DNA from: an uncultured Methanoregulaceae archaeon
GTDB taxonomy: Archaea > Halobacteriota > Methanomicrobia > Methanomicrobiales > Methanospirillaceae
Direction: 5' to 3'
Assembly: GCA_963737635.1 (NCBI GenBank)
Contig: CAVTTL010000001.1
Coordinates: forward strand, 1,728,001-1,792,000
DNA: 64,000 nucleotides
The notes beneath the pieces were generated by a model that saw nothing but the letters and a program-made list of their open reading frames with translations, searched no databases and was not told where the DNA came from. The position numbers and the translations under genes are program-made. This document shows, one piece after another, positions 10,673 through 21,102 of the stretch. The first letter of the stretch is position 1; each line of letters starts with the position of its first letter.

Positions 10673-10807
10673 TTTTTTACCTGAAAACCCGCAGCTGGTT
10701 CCCAAAATTACCGGGATCCATACCAAAGAAAGACATCAGTATACCATGAATCTTTTTTGCCTGGAAGTTAGTTCCTGCTTTGCCGGTGGGAAAACACAAA
10801 AACGTTT

Positions 10808-11360
10808 TCAAATCTGGTCGATCTGCGGCTGGAGCCGCTGCTCGAGCTGCTTATGGCAGGCATCGCAGAAGCCCTTCTTTTTCCCATTGAGTTCGTCCAG
10901 TGTATCCGGGCAGAACATGATGCACTCGTGGTCGGGGCAGTGGCTAAGTCCCAGAAGGTGGCCGACTTCGTGCGCTCCTTCTGTGACGATCCTGTCCACA
11001 AGGTCGTCATCGCACGCATCCAGTCCGTAATATTCATTTGAGAGCCGGGCTGTTGACACAACCGCGACTCCTGATTGTTCCCGGGCAAGGCCGAAAAGGG
11101 CGGAATGGCCGCGATTGAAAAGATCCTGGCTGACAACGAGGAGGATAGGATCGGATATATCGTGGTGGTGCTTGTACGTCGCCAGATAGTCAAGCTGCAC
11201 CTGAGCATCGATCTGTTTGCGCTCATTTACAAAACCCATGATGCGCACTGGGTTGTCGACAATCTCGGCATGAAGCCCGATGACTGCTGATATCATCCGG
11301 CTCGACCGGCAGCTGCAAGCCTTCTGGGGAAAGCTGATCCCAAAAAATATGGAGCCGCAT
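10808..11360 (-). CDS. Archaemetzincin family Zn-dependent metalloprotease (frameshift near 11303)
   Basis: HEVGHLLGLSHC...CIM...FC..C motif; ATG 11360 (MRLHIFWD) joins the frame after removing one base. Confidence 0.85.
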
Positions 11361-11376
11361 TGCTCAATTCTATTGG

Positions 11377-11802
11377 ATGGACGGCTATAAACATATTGAG
11401 CACTGTTGCGGCGTCTATATCGCATCGCACTATAAAAACCCGGTCGAGATCGGGGTGGGGAACAATCCCGATGCGTCGCGGTATATTCATGAGGCCGGAT
11501 ACCGTATACGGGCAACCGATATCCGCGCATGCCTGCTCCCTTCTTGGCTGTGCTTTGCCCGGGACGATATCTTCTCCCCAGATCTGTCATTTTATGAAGG
11601 AGCCGATGTCCTGTACGCTCTTCGCCCGGCAGAAGAGATGATCCCCCCGATGATCGCACTCGCCCGGATACTTGACTGCGACCTCGTGGTTTACCATCTC
11701 GGTTTCGAATCATATGGGGATGGGGGAAGTATCGTTGATTGCGGTATTCTTCTCCATTATTATTACCGGCATGGTCAGAAACCGTCAAAAAGGGTTGACT
11801 GA
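11377..11802 (+). CDS. UPF0146 family protein
   Basis: VEIGVG, ATDI, DDIFSP...Y, YALRP.EE motifs. Confidence 0.8.
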   Translation: MDGYKHIEHCCGVYIASHYKNPVEIGVGNNPDASRYIHEAGYRIRATDIRACLLPSWLCFARDDIFSPDLSFYEGADVLYALRPAEEMIPPMIALARILDCDLVVYHLGFESYGDGGSIVDCGILLHYYYRHGQKPSKRVD

Positions 11803-13223
11803 TTATTGGCAACTGATCTCTTATCGGATGATTCCGGCGCCTGGGGGGGATCGGATGCCTGTTTTTCCGCTGGAGCGGCGGGCTGCTCACGTGGCGGCTT
11901 TGTATCCGTTGGCGGAGCTGGATCGCATTCCCCGACGGAAATTGCCGTCTTTGTCTTCCTGCTTTTTTTCTTCTGCTCCGGTTCTCTCTCACGTTCCGTC
12001 TTGGTGACCGCCTTTACGATCTCCTGTGCCCGGGCACGGTCGTTCAAAAAAAAGGTAAGCCCTTCAGCATCCAGCATCAATTCGAGGGTAAAGGTTTCAG
12101 GGTCGAGCTCAACAAGTAGGGTAATAATGTCCAGGTACTTCTCGCGCAGGGTGGTTTGTGGGATTTGCATGACGGCGGCAAGACGCGAGAGTACTGAGGC
12201 GCGTATTGCCTTCTGTTTTTTTGCTGTTGACATTTTCTGCCAGCGTTCCGGGGGCAGGATACGGGCATGGATACCTTTCCCTCCTGAGGCATCCGCCACG
12301 CCAAGAAGTATCATTGCAGTCCCGTACCGCCAAAGGACATGGTACTGGCGCCGGTAGGTATTGCCGATATACTCATCGGCGCGTGCAAGAGAGCTATAGG
12401 CCCTTCCCATTGCGTCCGGATCGGTAATAGTGTGCACACTACCTTCAACCCACTGCTCGATGTCTTCTGGAGTATCATCGACATCCCGCGATATTCTCAT
12501 AAGCTCCTCGTCCGTTGCCCTGCCGAAAACAGCCATCACCAATGAGAAGATCGAGACTCGTTCGTCTTTCTGGGAGGTGTGAACCTGCTCCCCGCCAAGC
12601 GATGTCCGGCCGATAGCCGAGGCATACAACATGTTTACCGCCGAACGCAGGTCTCCTCCGGCACTCTCGGCTATCTCGTGGACCGCTGCTTCAGAACAGG
12701 CAATCTTTTCGTTCGCGCAGATATATTTGAGACGGGGTGCAATTGAACGCGCAGGAATAGCCTTGAACTGGACTGTTTCACAGCGCAAACGAAGTTCCGG
12801 CGCAAGGCCATAGAGATCGTTTGCGATCAGGATCATGGGCTGCCGGGCGTTTTTTATGCATTCGATGATCGCCTTTGCCCCGCCTCGATCAGCGGTTCCC
12901 TGCAGGTTGTCTGCTTCGTCCATTACGATAAGTTTCCGTAACGAGCCGGTGAGACTTGCCGTAGTACTTCCTGCACCGGCAATGCGCTCTATTACGGCGG
13001 CCGTCCTCTGGTCGCTGGCGTTAAGCTCAATTATATCCCAGTTCATGTCCCGGGCGAGCGCGTAGACGCTTGACGTTTTGCCGATACCTGGCTTACCGTA
13101 CAGGAGAAGAGGTTTTGATCGGGAAGTCCAGGTGCGGGCCCAGTCGGCCATCTGACGGATTACACTTGTGTTACCGACGATATCCGTAAGGTGTTCCGGC
13201 CGGTACTGTTCTGCCCACTCCAT
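11775..13223 (-). CDS. rfcL: Replication factor C large subunit
   Basis: WAEQYRP, Walker A GKPGIGKT, ELNASDQR, DEAD, C-terminal PIP box QSTLFDGF. Confidence 0.95.
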   Translation of the reverse strand: MEWAEQYRPEHLTDIVGNTSVIRQMADWARTWTSRSKPLLLYGKPGIGKTSSVYALARDMNWDIIELNASDQRTAAVIERIAGAGSTTASLTGSLRKLIVMDEADNLQGTADRGGAKAIIECIKNARQPMILIANDLYGLAPELRLRCETVQFKAIPARSIAPRLKYICANEKIACSEAAVHEIAESAGGDLRSAVNMLYASAIGRTSLGGEQVHTSQKDERVSIFSLVMAVFGRATDEELMRISRDVDDTPEDIEQWVEGSVHTITDPDAMGRAYSSLARADEYIGNTYRRQYHVLWRYGTAMILLGVADASGGKGIHARILPPERWQKMSTAKKQKAIRASVLSRLAAVMQIPQTTLREKYLDIITLLVELDPETFTLELMLDAEGLTFFLNDRARAQEIVKAVTKTEREREPEQKKKSRKTKTAISVGECDPAPPTDTKPPREQPAAPAEKQASDPPQAPESSDKRSVANNQSTLFDGF

Positions 13224-13320
13224 ACCACAGGAGTCGACCCCGTATCAAATAAATTATCTCTGATGAGGCCACACATAGCGTACAGCAATTTATCAGAGTT
13301 GTTCATACCCGGGTGACATC

Positions 13321-14337
13321 GTGGTTTCTGACTGTTCCACAACAAAGATCGCGCACGTGGTCAGGGAGTATGAAGGCGTAAAACGGAAACATGCCATCGG
13401 TGAGATGGTCAAGGCTCTCCGGATAGATGCACCTCACGTCGTTGCCTCTTTTGGCGAAGACGCGGCAGTTATCGAGCATAAAGGTGAGGCACTCCTCCTT
13501 GCCGCTGATGGTATCTGGAGCCGGCTCATGGGAGCAGACCCGTACTGGGCCGGCTACTGCTCGGTCCTTGTCAATATCCATGATATTGCCGCGATGGGAG
13601 GAAAACCGATCGCGATGGTGGATGTCTTTTCTATGCCAAAGGACTCCCATATTCACGAACAGGTAGTACGGGGTATGCATGACGCGTCCGCGCAGTTCGG
13701 CGTACCGATTGTGGGGGGACATCTTCACCCGGATGCGCCGTATAGCGTGATCGATGTCGCGATCCTCGGGTCTGCCCGGCTTGATTCCATCATTTATTCA
13801 AATACCGCCCAAGACGGTGACCGAATCATTGCGGCAATCGATCTTGCTGGGCGTGTCCATCCCTCCTGTGCACTCAACTGGGATTCAGTGACCATGAAGT
13901 CGGCTGCTGAGGTGCGTGCACAGATTGCACTCCTGGAGGAAATAGGTAAGGCGCACCTCGTTACTGCAGGAAAGGATATCAGCAATCCCGGTATTATCGG
14001 AACGATTGGCATGCTTCTTGAGGTAAGCGGAAAAGGAGCGGAGCTCGATCTCGGCCGCGTACCAAAACCCGATCTTGCGGCAAACCAGATGACATTCGAG
14101 CAGTGGGTAAAGATGTATCCGGGTATGGGTTTTGTCCTTACTGCACGTGACGAACATGTGAACGAGCTTATCCGGCGCTTCGCTGCCGTCGGGATGACCG
14201 CCCAGACCATCGGTACAGTAGATACTACGCGCCAGCTCAGGATACGGTATGACGGGGAGGAGGCACAAGTCTTTGATTTTATCGAGAACGGGATCACCTG
14301 CCTCCCTCCCGGTGAGGCCCCATGCACACAGAAGTAA
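13321..14337 (+). CDS. Methanogenesis marker protein 2 (AIR synthase/PurM-like)
   Basis: FGEDAAVI, LVN..DIAAMGG.P, GGHLHPD, KDISNPG. Confidence 0.9.
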   Translation: MVSDCSTTKIAHVVREYEGVKRKHAIGEMVKALRIDAPHVVASFGEDAAVIEHKGEALLLAADGIWSRLMGADPYWAGYCSVLVNIHDIAAMGGKPIAMVDVFSMPKDSHIHEQVVRGMHDASAQFGVPIVGGHLHPDAPYSVIDVAILGSARLDSIIYSNTAQDGDRIIAAIDLAGRVHPSCALNWDSVTMKSAAEVRAQIALLEEIGKAHLVTAGKDISNPGIIGTIGMLLEVSGKGAELDLGRVPKPDLAANQMTFEQWVKMYPGMGFVLTARDEHVNELIRRFAAVGMTAQTIGTVDTTRQLRIRYDGEEAQVFDFIENGITCLPPGEAPCTQK

Positions 14338-15086
14338 GGAAGATCGGGATCGGCATCGGTTCCGATGCAGAAAAGGTTATCAATAGTGCGTGCCGGGTCA
14401 GCATTCCGTACGATATTATCTGTTATATGCGCCCGGGTATGGCGAAGATTCCCGCCGGCCATATGAATGTCAGTGCTTTGGAAAGCGAAACCCCGGAAAC
14501 AGCGCTCGTTTCCGATCTTATGAGCGGCACAATCAGCGCGGCCGTCAGAGGAACGCTCCCGGCAAACGCCACTCTTCAGGCACTGAGAAATGCGGCCCGG
14601 GTCAGGTATCTGGAGCGGATCGCGCTCCTTGAAACTGCTGGCGAGAAGAAGTTCCTTTTAGCTCCTGTGGGAATAGACGAGGGATGGACCGTTGCTGAAA
14701 AGCTTTCGCTGATCCAAAAAGGCCGGTCGATTGCCCGCCGGTTCGGCCTTCCCGACAAAGTGGGAATTCTTTCTGGCGGCCGACTGGGGGATGTGGGTCG
14801 TCACGCCCGGGTTGACCGGAGCATGGCTGACGCCGAGCTGGTTGCACGGCTTGGGGATGCCGTTCACTGCGAGATTCTTATCGAGGATGCAGTCGAATCC
14901 TGTGGCCTGATTATCGCACCGGACGGGATCTCCGGCAATCTGATCTTTCGCACGCTTACCTTTCTTGGAGCCGGCTTTGCCCATGGCGCGCCGGTCGTAA
15001 ATATCGATAAAATTTTCGTGGATACCTCGCGCGCGTCACCAGATTACACGAATGCGCTATTACTCGCAGCATCATTGTTGGAATAA
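14322..15086 (+). CDS. mtxX: Methanogenesis marker protein Mmp4/MtxX
   Basis: [40 protein letters not shown]. Confidence 0.9.
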   Translation: MHTEVRKIGIGIGSDAEKVINSACRVSIPYDIICYMRPGMAKIPAGHMNVSALESETPETALVSDLMSGTISAAVRGTLPANATLQALRNAARVRYLERIALLETAGEKKFLLAPVGIDEGWTVAEKLSLIQKGRSIARRFGLPDKVGILSGGRLGDVGRHARVDRSMADAELVARLGDAVHCEILIEDAVESCGLIIAPDGISGNLIFRTLTFLGAGFAHGAPVVNIDKIFVDTSRASPDYTNALLLAASLLE

Positions 15087-15233
15087 TTTTTAATCGCGTA
15101 CAGTGCCTTTTTTTGAAAAATAAACGGTTAAATGCTAATAAAAAATATTCTGCGACATTTTGGGGCGCGTTTTGCCTGAAAGGTTCTGCATGCCTTCCAA
15201 TATCGTTTTTCTAACCAAAATGGGGGATTTTCC

Positions 15234-15252
15234 CAGAAAGTTTTTATATATA
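15234..15252 (+). promoter_or_regulatory. BRE/TATA promoter of histone gene
   Basis: CAGAAAG followed by TTTTTATATATA about 35-45 nt upstream of ATG 15283. Confidence 0.6.
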
Positions 15253-15282
15253 CCAATATACTTTCTTTTTGAGGTAAGACAA

Positions 15283-15489
15283 ATGGCAGATTTACCAATT
15301 GCTGCAGTTGTACGCATTGCAAAGAAGAATGGAGCCGAAAGAGTTGGCAGCGATGCCGCCGAGGCACTCGTTGTGAAGGCCGAGAAATACATCGCCCAGC
15401 TCACCAAGGAAGCAAACAAGCTCGCAGAACACGCGGGAAGAAAGACGATCAAGAAGGAAGACGTTGATCTAGCATCAAAGTCCAACTGA
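15283..15489 (+). CDS. Archaeal histone (HMf family)
   Basis: 68 aa MADLPIAAVVRIAK..GAERV...HAGRKTIK.ED; GAGGT RBS; T-rich tract downstream. Confidence 0.96.
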   Translation: MADLPIAAVVRIAKKNGAERVGSDAAEALVVKAEKYIAQLTKEANKLAEHAGRKTIKKEDVDLASKSN

Positions 15490-15671
15490 TCAACTCTTTT
15501 TTCTTAAGCATTTGAAATCCTTTAGGGCTGTTTTCGATTCGATTTAATGCCAGCATAGCTATCGCATTACCAGGAAAAAATCGTTGGCTTAACCTCACAA
15601 TATATTGCTTTCCTACCTCATTGGCAAGTCTTTTACCCGTCCGGATCAATCTCCTTTGAAGAATACCTGTT

Positions 15672-16229
15672 ATGCGCCAGATCTGCCCCCATTGCGGTAA
15701 AGTATCAGACGAAGCAACCCCGCGATTCTGCAGCGGTTGCGGTGCCCGGATGGATGGAAAGATGCTAGTTGGCTATCCCGGCTATTCGGCACCACCGAGG
15801 GAGCAAAAAAGCCAGCTGATCGCCGGGACCTGTTCCACGTTTCTTCCCGGTCTCGGCCAGGTGTATAACGGGGAAGCCGCAAAAGGGTTTGCCCTTTTTA
15901 TCATGACCGTTGTGGGTCTGATCATCCTTGTGGTTCCGGGTATTATTGTCTGGTTTTACGCATTATACAATGCATATTCCACGGCAGGAAAGATGAATAC
16001 CGGAGAGATCCCGTTTCGCGAGACCCGGATGCTTCACATGATCCTGTTTATCGTGTTTGCGATTGCGGTTGTAGCGATCGCGTTCATCATTATCTATGTG
16101 ATGGTTATCAGTCCCCTTATGTCACAGTTCGGGTCGCTTGATATGGGTAATATAGGTAATTTAGGAAATATAGGCAATACGGGTAATAGCGACGATATCA
16201 ACCGGCTGATTAACAACGCTGGTATCTGA
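15672..16229 (+). CDS. Zinc-ribbon + TM2-like membrane protein
   Basis: CPHCG...FCSGCG, then S.FLPGLGQVYNG...KG and TM helices. Confidence 0.75.
   Translation: MRQICPHCGKVSDEATPRFCSGCGARMDGKMLVGYPGYSAPPREQKSQLIAGTCSTFLPGLGQVYNGEAAKGFALFIMTVVGLIILVVPGIIVWFYALYNAYSTAGKMNTGEIPFRETRMLHMILFIVFAIAVVAIAFIIIYVMVISPLMSQFGSLDMGNIGNLGNIGNTGNSDDINRLINNAGI
16146..16190 (+). repeat. Degenerate 9-nt tandem repeat x5 encoding (GNx)5
   Basis: ggtaatata ggtaattta ggaaatata ggcaatacg ggtaatagc. Confidence 0.7.
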
Positions 16230-16266
16230 TCCTGCATCAGAGACTGCTAAAAAAGGGGTATGGCAG

Positions 16267-16557
16267 TTACTGGATTTCCCGTGCACTGACAAACGACCTG
16301 CTGCCCTCCTCTTTATGGGCATGCTCCTCGAGCAGGCGTTTTACTTCATCATTCACTTTTTCCTTGTCTTTTGGCCCGGTAAAGAGGACTCTTGTGCCAT
16401 CAATATCATCCTTGAGATACACTGCCTCATCATAGATGATGACCATGATCTGGTTGTCCGGACCGAAAAAGTGCTCCTCGTATTCACCTTTCATATACCG
16501 TTCACGCTGTTCCCGCGTCGGTGCTGCATACTTGGTCTCAAACCTGAAAACGCCCAT
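16267..16557 (-). CDS. Hypothetical protein
   Basis: 96-aa ORF with ATG and protein-like composition, downstream of the his operon. Confidence 0.65.
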   Translation of the reverse strand: MGVFRFETKYAAPTREQRERYMKGEYEEHFFGPDNQIMVIIYDEAVYLKDDIDGTRVLFTGPKDKEKVNDEVKRLLEEHAHKEEGSRSFVSAREIQ

Positions 16558-16627
16558 AATGGTTATCCTACTGTATTTTCCTAAAAAAATGGTTTTTCCT
16601 GAAGTTCGGCTATTGACGATGAATAAT

Positions 16628-17209
16628 TCAGAATGTCCCCTTTGTGCTGGGGATCCCTTTTGTCTTTTCGTTCTGTGCTATTGCTTTACCAAGGGCAATC
16701 CCGAATGCCTTGAACACCGCTTCGCACTGGTGGTGATCGTTCCGGCCGGTAAAGCTGATATTGGCGGTAATGCCAGCATGGATGCAGAGTGTGTAGAAAA
16801 AATGCTCGAAGAGATCGGGAGGGATGTTCCCCAGTGTCCTGCTGCCGAAGGTGCCGGAATAGACCAGGTACCCTCGTCCTCCGCAATCAAGCGCTACCTG
16901 GGCAAGGGACTCGTCCATCGGGATGATCGCGTGGGCGAACCGCCGAATACCGCGGCCATCACCTATCGCTTGTTTCACTGCATCCCCGATTACAATACCC
17001 GTATCCTCAATTGTGTGATGGCAGTCAACACCAAGATCCCCGGTGGTTGTGCAGGTAAAGTCAAATCCTCCGTGCTTTGCCATACCGGTCAGCATATGAT
17101 CGAAAAAAGGAATCCCGGTCTCTACCGAAACGTTCCCGGTCCCGTCCGGGTTGAACGTGAGCGCAATCTTTGTCTCTTTTGTTTCCCGTGCAAGTGTTAC
17201 CTTCCTCAT
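16628..17209 (-). CDS. hisB: Imidazoleglycerol-phosphate dehydratase
   Basis: RETKET, FFDHML, Dx[28 protein letters not shown]. Confidence 0.97.
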   Translation of the reverse strand: MRKVTLARETKETKIALTFNPDGTGNVSVETGIPFFDHMLTGMAKHGGFDFTCTTTGDLGVDCHHTIEDTGIVIGDAVKQAIGDGRGIRRFAHAIIPMDESLAQVALDCGGRGYLVYSGTFGSRTLGNIPPDLFEHFFYTLCIHAGITANISFTGRNDHHQCEAVFKAFGIALGKAIAQNEKTKGIPSTKGTF

Positions 17210-17916
17210 CGAGATTCCTCTAGTGCCTCTGAAAGGTTAATCTTTCCGCTGTAGAGCGCGGATCCGAGCACCGCACCGTACGCCCCGGCGTCCCGCAGGA
17301 GAGCGACGTCCGCACGCCCGGACACCCCGCCTGCTACGACCACCGGTACCTGTACCCTGGCAATAAGATCCCTCACCGGCCCGATCGCAACTCCCTGCTG
17401 GAGCCCCTCGACGTCCACGTTTGTGTAGAGCAGGGAACCGGCACCAAGCCGTTCGAAGGTTTCAGCCCAGGAAAGATAATCCCCGGCAGTCTCCTGCCAG
17501 CCGCAAATCGCAACATTACCTCCCCGTGCATCCACGCCGGCCATTACCCGGTCGCTTCCGAATTCTGCAGCGAGCTGGCTGATACTTTCCGGGTTCTGGA
17601 TCGCAAATGTTGACAGGATAATCCGCGAGACGCCTGTTCCGAGCCATCGCCTTGCATCGTCAACAGAACGGATCCCGCCACCAAGTTCGATCTCAATGCC
17701 GGTATCCTTTACCAGCGCCCGGATTAAGTCCGCGTTCTGTGCAGAATCCCCGAAAGCGCCGTCAAGGTTGATTACATGCAGTGCATCGGCACCGGCTTCA
17801 ATCCACCGGTTGGCGCAGGTGAGTGGATCGCCGTAGGTTGTTGCACTCTCCCGTTTTCCCTGCACGAGCTGGACACATCTGCCCCCGAGTATATCTACGG
17901 CGGGAAAGATTCTCAT
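17206..17916 (-). CDS. hisA: ProFAR isomerase
   Basis: IFPAVDI.GG.CVQLVQG, GGGIRS, YTNVD.EG, AGGV. Confidence 0.96.
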   Translation of the reverse strand: MRIFPAVDILGGRCVQLVQGKRESATTYGDPLTCANRWIEAGADALHVINLDGAFGDSAQNADLIRALVKDTGIEIELGGGIRSVDDARRWLGTGVSRIILSTFAIQNPESISQLAAEFGSDRVMAGVDARGGNVAICGWQETAGDYLSWAETFERLGAGSLLYTNVDVEGLQQGVAIGPVRDLIARVQVPVVVAGGVSGRADVALLRDAGAYGAVLGSALYSGKINLSEALEESR

Positions 17917-17922
17917 ACCAGA

Positions 17923-18861
17923 TCAGCGGATCATCCGCTCTATGGACATAACCAGGATGTCACGTGCGCCCGCTCGTTTCAATGCATTGATCAATGCGTA
18001 AACCCGTTCCTCGTTTACCACCGCATGGACTGCGACCATATCCTCGGTCGACGCGACGTCCATCACCGTAGGGCCGGAGAGCCCGGGAAGCACGCTTTTC
18101 ACTTTCTCCAGGGATGCCCGCTTTACATTCATCATCAGGTAGCACTGCCCGCGTGCACGTATGACGCTTTCGAGAGCAAGATGGATCTCATCGATTTTTT
18201 CCCGTTTTGTAGCAAGCGATGAGCGATTTGCGATAAGAAGGGTGGATGTTGTCAGCACCTCGTCAAGAACACGAAGTCTGTTTGTCTTCAGGGTATTACC
18301 CGAACTTGAAAGGTCAACGATTGCATCTGCTATGCCGAGGTGTGGCGTTGCTTCGCAGGCCCCGCCTACAAGGACGATCGTAACCGGCACCTTCCGTTCT
18401 GCAAAATAGTGTTTGGTGATCACCGGGAATTCGGTTGCGATCTTCGCTCCTTTAAGGTCGCGTACTGATGAGATATGTGCATCTTCACTGACGGCAAGCA
18501 CGAGTTTTGCCTTCCCGATCTGGAGATCGAGAAGTTCCTCGACATCTGCTTCGCGCTCGATAACCATATCATGGCCGGTAATCCCAAGATCAGCTGCCCC
18601 GGTTGCCACATATTCTGGGATATCGATGGGCCGGGCAAACAGGATCTCTACGTGGGGATCGAGCGTACGGGCGATCAGCCGGCGTTCCGCTCCATCTGTT
18701 AGGTGGAGCCCGCTCTTCTCCATCAGATCCATGACGGGCGCCGCGATCCTTCCCTTATTGGGGATCGCGAGCCTGATAGAAAACGAGGGGAGCCCGGTCC
18801 GTTCCAGGCTGGATCCTTTTCTTTCTTTGCTCTTCTTATCAGAAGGTCTTGAGTTCGCCAC
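17923..18861 (-). CDS. hisG: ATP phosphoribosyltransferase (long form)
   Basis: AIPNKGR, RP.DIP.YV..G.ADLGITG.D, GACE.TP..G.AD.IVD..SSG.TL..N.L, C-terminal regulatory domain. Confidence 0.96.
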   Translation of the reverse strand: MANSRPSDKKSKERKGSSLERTGLPSFSIRLAIPNKGRIAAPVMDLMEKSGLHLTDGAERRLIARTLDPHVEILFARPIDIPEYVATGAADLGITGHDMVIEREADVEELLDLQIGKAKLVLAVSEDAHISSVRDLKGAKIATEFPVITKHYFAERKVPVTIVLVGGACEATPHLGIADAIVDLSSSGNTLKTNRLRVLDEVLTTSTLLIANRSSLATKREKIDEIHLALESVIRARGQCYLMMNVKRASLEKVKSVLPGLSGPTVMDVASTEDMVAVHAVVNEERVYALINALKRAGARDILVMSIERMIR

Positions 18862-20041
18862 GGATTACCTTCTCCGTGATGCTGGTCACGTTCGCGAGGT
18901 TGTCGTCAACGATTGCCAGGATCTCCTTGTTAATCTCCGGCAGGGTGACTCCTTTCCTTGGCAGCACCTGAACACTTGCCACCAGGGGCTGGTCGATTGG
19001 TTTTCCGATCTGGGAGAGCAGGCGGACGTACATTTCCTCGATCCCATCGACCTTTTTAATCGATTCCTGGGCGATCTGGGTAGAAAGGAGGTTATAAATC
19101 TTGCCGATATGGTTAATGGGGTTCTTCCCGCTGGTTGCTTCCATGCTCATGGGACGGTTGGGGGTAATAAGGCCGTTGCAGCGGTTGCCTCTCCCGACTG
19201 ATCCATCGTCGCCCATCTCTGCCGATGTACCGGTGACGGTCAGGAAAACACTCTTGTTTTTGATATCGTCCGCGGTGTTGACATTCACGACGACTTTGCG
19301 TTTCGTGCTCTTTTTTGCTACCTTCCCTATCTCCTCGGTCAGGAGGGTCATGTATTCCTGGTATTCCTTTATATCCGCACAGTACTTGTCGACAATTGCG
19401 CAGGCAATAGTAAGGGTGATCGTGTTCCCGTCCCGAAGCCCCATGATCTTGATATCCTGGCCAATAGCCGGATACTTTTTGCGGAGTTTTGTGTCGATAT
19501 AGTCGGATGCATTCCTGATGATGGTCTCTACATCGGAGAATGGGGCATGCCCGACCCCAAACGAGGTATCATTGGAACGCGGGACTTTGCCCTGCCGGGG
19601 CTTGAAGACATCCCGGAGATCGGTCGAACCAGTCCCGAGACGGCTGTCAATGATCACGTCCCGGGTCAGGTTGAGCTCGGGAAGGATCTTGTGGAGGTAG
19701 TCGTGTGCAGCCTCTACAGCGACCGCATCGGTCGCGATAGTGACATCATTAAACTGCTTGGTTGCCCGGCCGTCAATTAACACGTAGATCGGGCGAATCA
19801 TCTTACCCCCGCCGAATTTCGGGCATGACTCCCCTGCAACGACCTCACCCTGGTCGGTGTTGTGATGCAGGACTGCTCCGAACTCTTCAAGATACACCCT
19901 GCAGAGTGCCTGGGAGATCGACTCTGCAATTCCGTCGGCAATGCTGTCGGGGTGACCGAGGCATTTGCGCTCAACGAGTTCAATTCGCTGCCTTTCGAGA
20001 GGGATCTGATTCAATGCTTCAATCTGGATATTTCTTTTCAT
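18839..20041 (-). CDS. mat: Archaeal methionine adenosyltransferase (SAM synthetase)
   Basis: VERKCLGHPDS.ADG, HHNTD, SNDTSFGVG, GTSAEMGDDG.VGRGNR, GKNPINH.GK.YN; start ATG 20041 inferred. Confidence 0.95.
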   Translation of the reverse strand: MKRNIQIEALNQIPLERQRIELVERKCLGHPDSIADGIAESISQALCRVYLEEFGAVLHHNTDQGEVVAGESCPKFGGGKMIRPIYVLIDGRATKQFNDVTIATDAVAVEAAHDYLHKILPELNLTRDVIIDSRLGTGSTDLRDVFKPRQGKVPRSNDTSFGVGHAPFSDVETIIRNASDYIDTKLRKKYPAIGQDIKIMGLRDGNTITLTIACAIVDKYCADIKEYQEYMTLLTEEIGKVAKKSTKRKVVVNVNTADDIKNKSVFLTVTGTSAEMGDDGSVGRGNRCNGLITPNRPMSMEATSGKNPINHIGKIYNLLSTQIAQESIKKVDGIEEMYVRLLSQIGKPIDQPLVASVQVLPRKGVTLPEINKEILAIVDDNLANVTSITEKVIRGELKTF

Positions 20042-20785
20042 TAAACTTCCTCGGTTTCTCCGTAATCGTACTAATACAAGAGACTGGATTTCATATAACC
20101 GTTTCTTCTGAGGGTTCTGGTGCATCTCGAGACTCTTTAAATACCGACCTAGTGTTTACTTCGACGGAGCTATTTTCTTTGAGTCACGATAACGCACCAG
20201 CATCCCTTCTTCTATAAATCACGATAACGGATCAGTATCAAGGATATTTCACCGGATCATTATCCCTTCAAGTCATGAGAAAAACAGTTTTAGAGATTCA
20301 GGAATTTCGCCCCCGGAAGACTGATACCAAAGGAGGGGTACTCCACGATGATCAGGATATCAGGGTAGTCCCCGATTAGGGGGAAAACAGGATGAAGAGG
20401 GCCCGGAGAGGGCATCGGGGTTTTTCACACTCTTTAACCGGCACCCCGGTTTTTCCTAGTATCTCAATCCTGTTCAAGCATTGTCGTCGTACCACATCCT
20501 CGGGCATAACCCGCTTGTTTTCGAGCGTTTGTTACCGGGTCTGGCGTTCTTGAATTTCTCACCCGAGTTTTTTCGTCAGCGATTTTTCATGCACATTCCT
20601 CCCTTCGTCAACCGACAAATACCATCATTTTCGCTGGAACTATTAAGGCCGGGCATGGCATTGGGAATGGTCACAGAGGCGTTGACCGGAAACAGTCCGT
20701 TCTTGATCGTTTTCCCTCGGAACCGGTTTATCCGGGTATGCTTGTGGAAGTTTGGCACTGCATTCGTTATCGCAGGAAAGTAACT

Positions 20786-21053
20786 TTTCCGATCGTTGGC
20801 CCCAATTTTCCGCGCAATCGCCGAAGTTGCACCTGCCCCTATACCCATGCCCACGCCAAGGAGGATCATAAACATGGGACTTATGAATCCAACTGCTGCA
20901 AGAGCATCGGAGCCAAGTCCCGCGACCCAGATCGTGTTTACCACGTTGTAACTGGACATCAGGAGCGTAGCGATGATCAGCGGTCCTGACTGGTTTCGGA
21001 TTGCCGGCTATGATCGCGACTCCATCGGTTGTGTCCGTACGGCATCCGGTCAT
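20786..21053 (-). pseudogene. Truncated MATE efflux transporter remnant (N-terminal ~90 codons)
   Basis: T.GV.II.G.PK...SGPLII.TL.MS.YNVV.TIWVAGLG.DALAAVGF..P...G.G.GA.S.IAR.IGA; internal deletion/frameshift and abrupt loss of homology after GANDRK. Confidence 0.75.
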
Positions 21054-21102
21054 GGCATCTTTTTTCAGCCGGTTGAAAAAAGGGAATGCGCATATACGCC
21101 CC

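Noticed and set aside
10808-11992. 394-aa ORF as one protein
   Set aside because: Only the C-terminal part is archaemetzincin; the upstream part overlaps the UPF0146 gene and rfcL and results from a frameshift
20230-20470. SAM riboswitch upstream of mat
   Set aside because: No SAM-I/II consensus found on the minus strand
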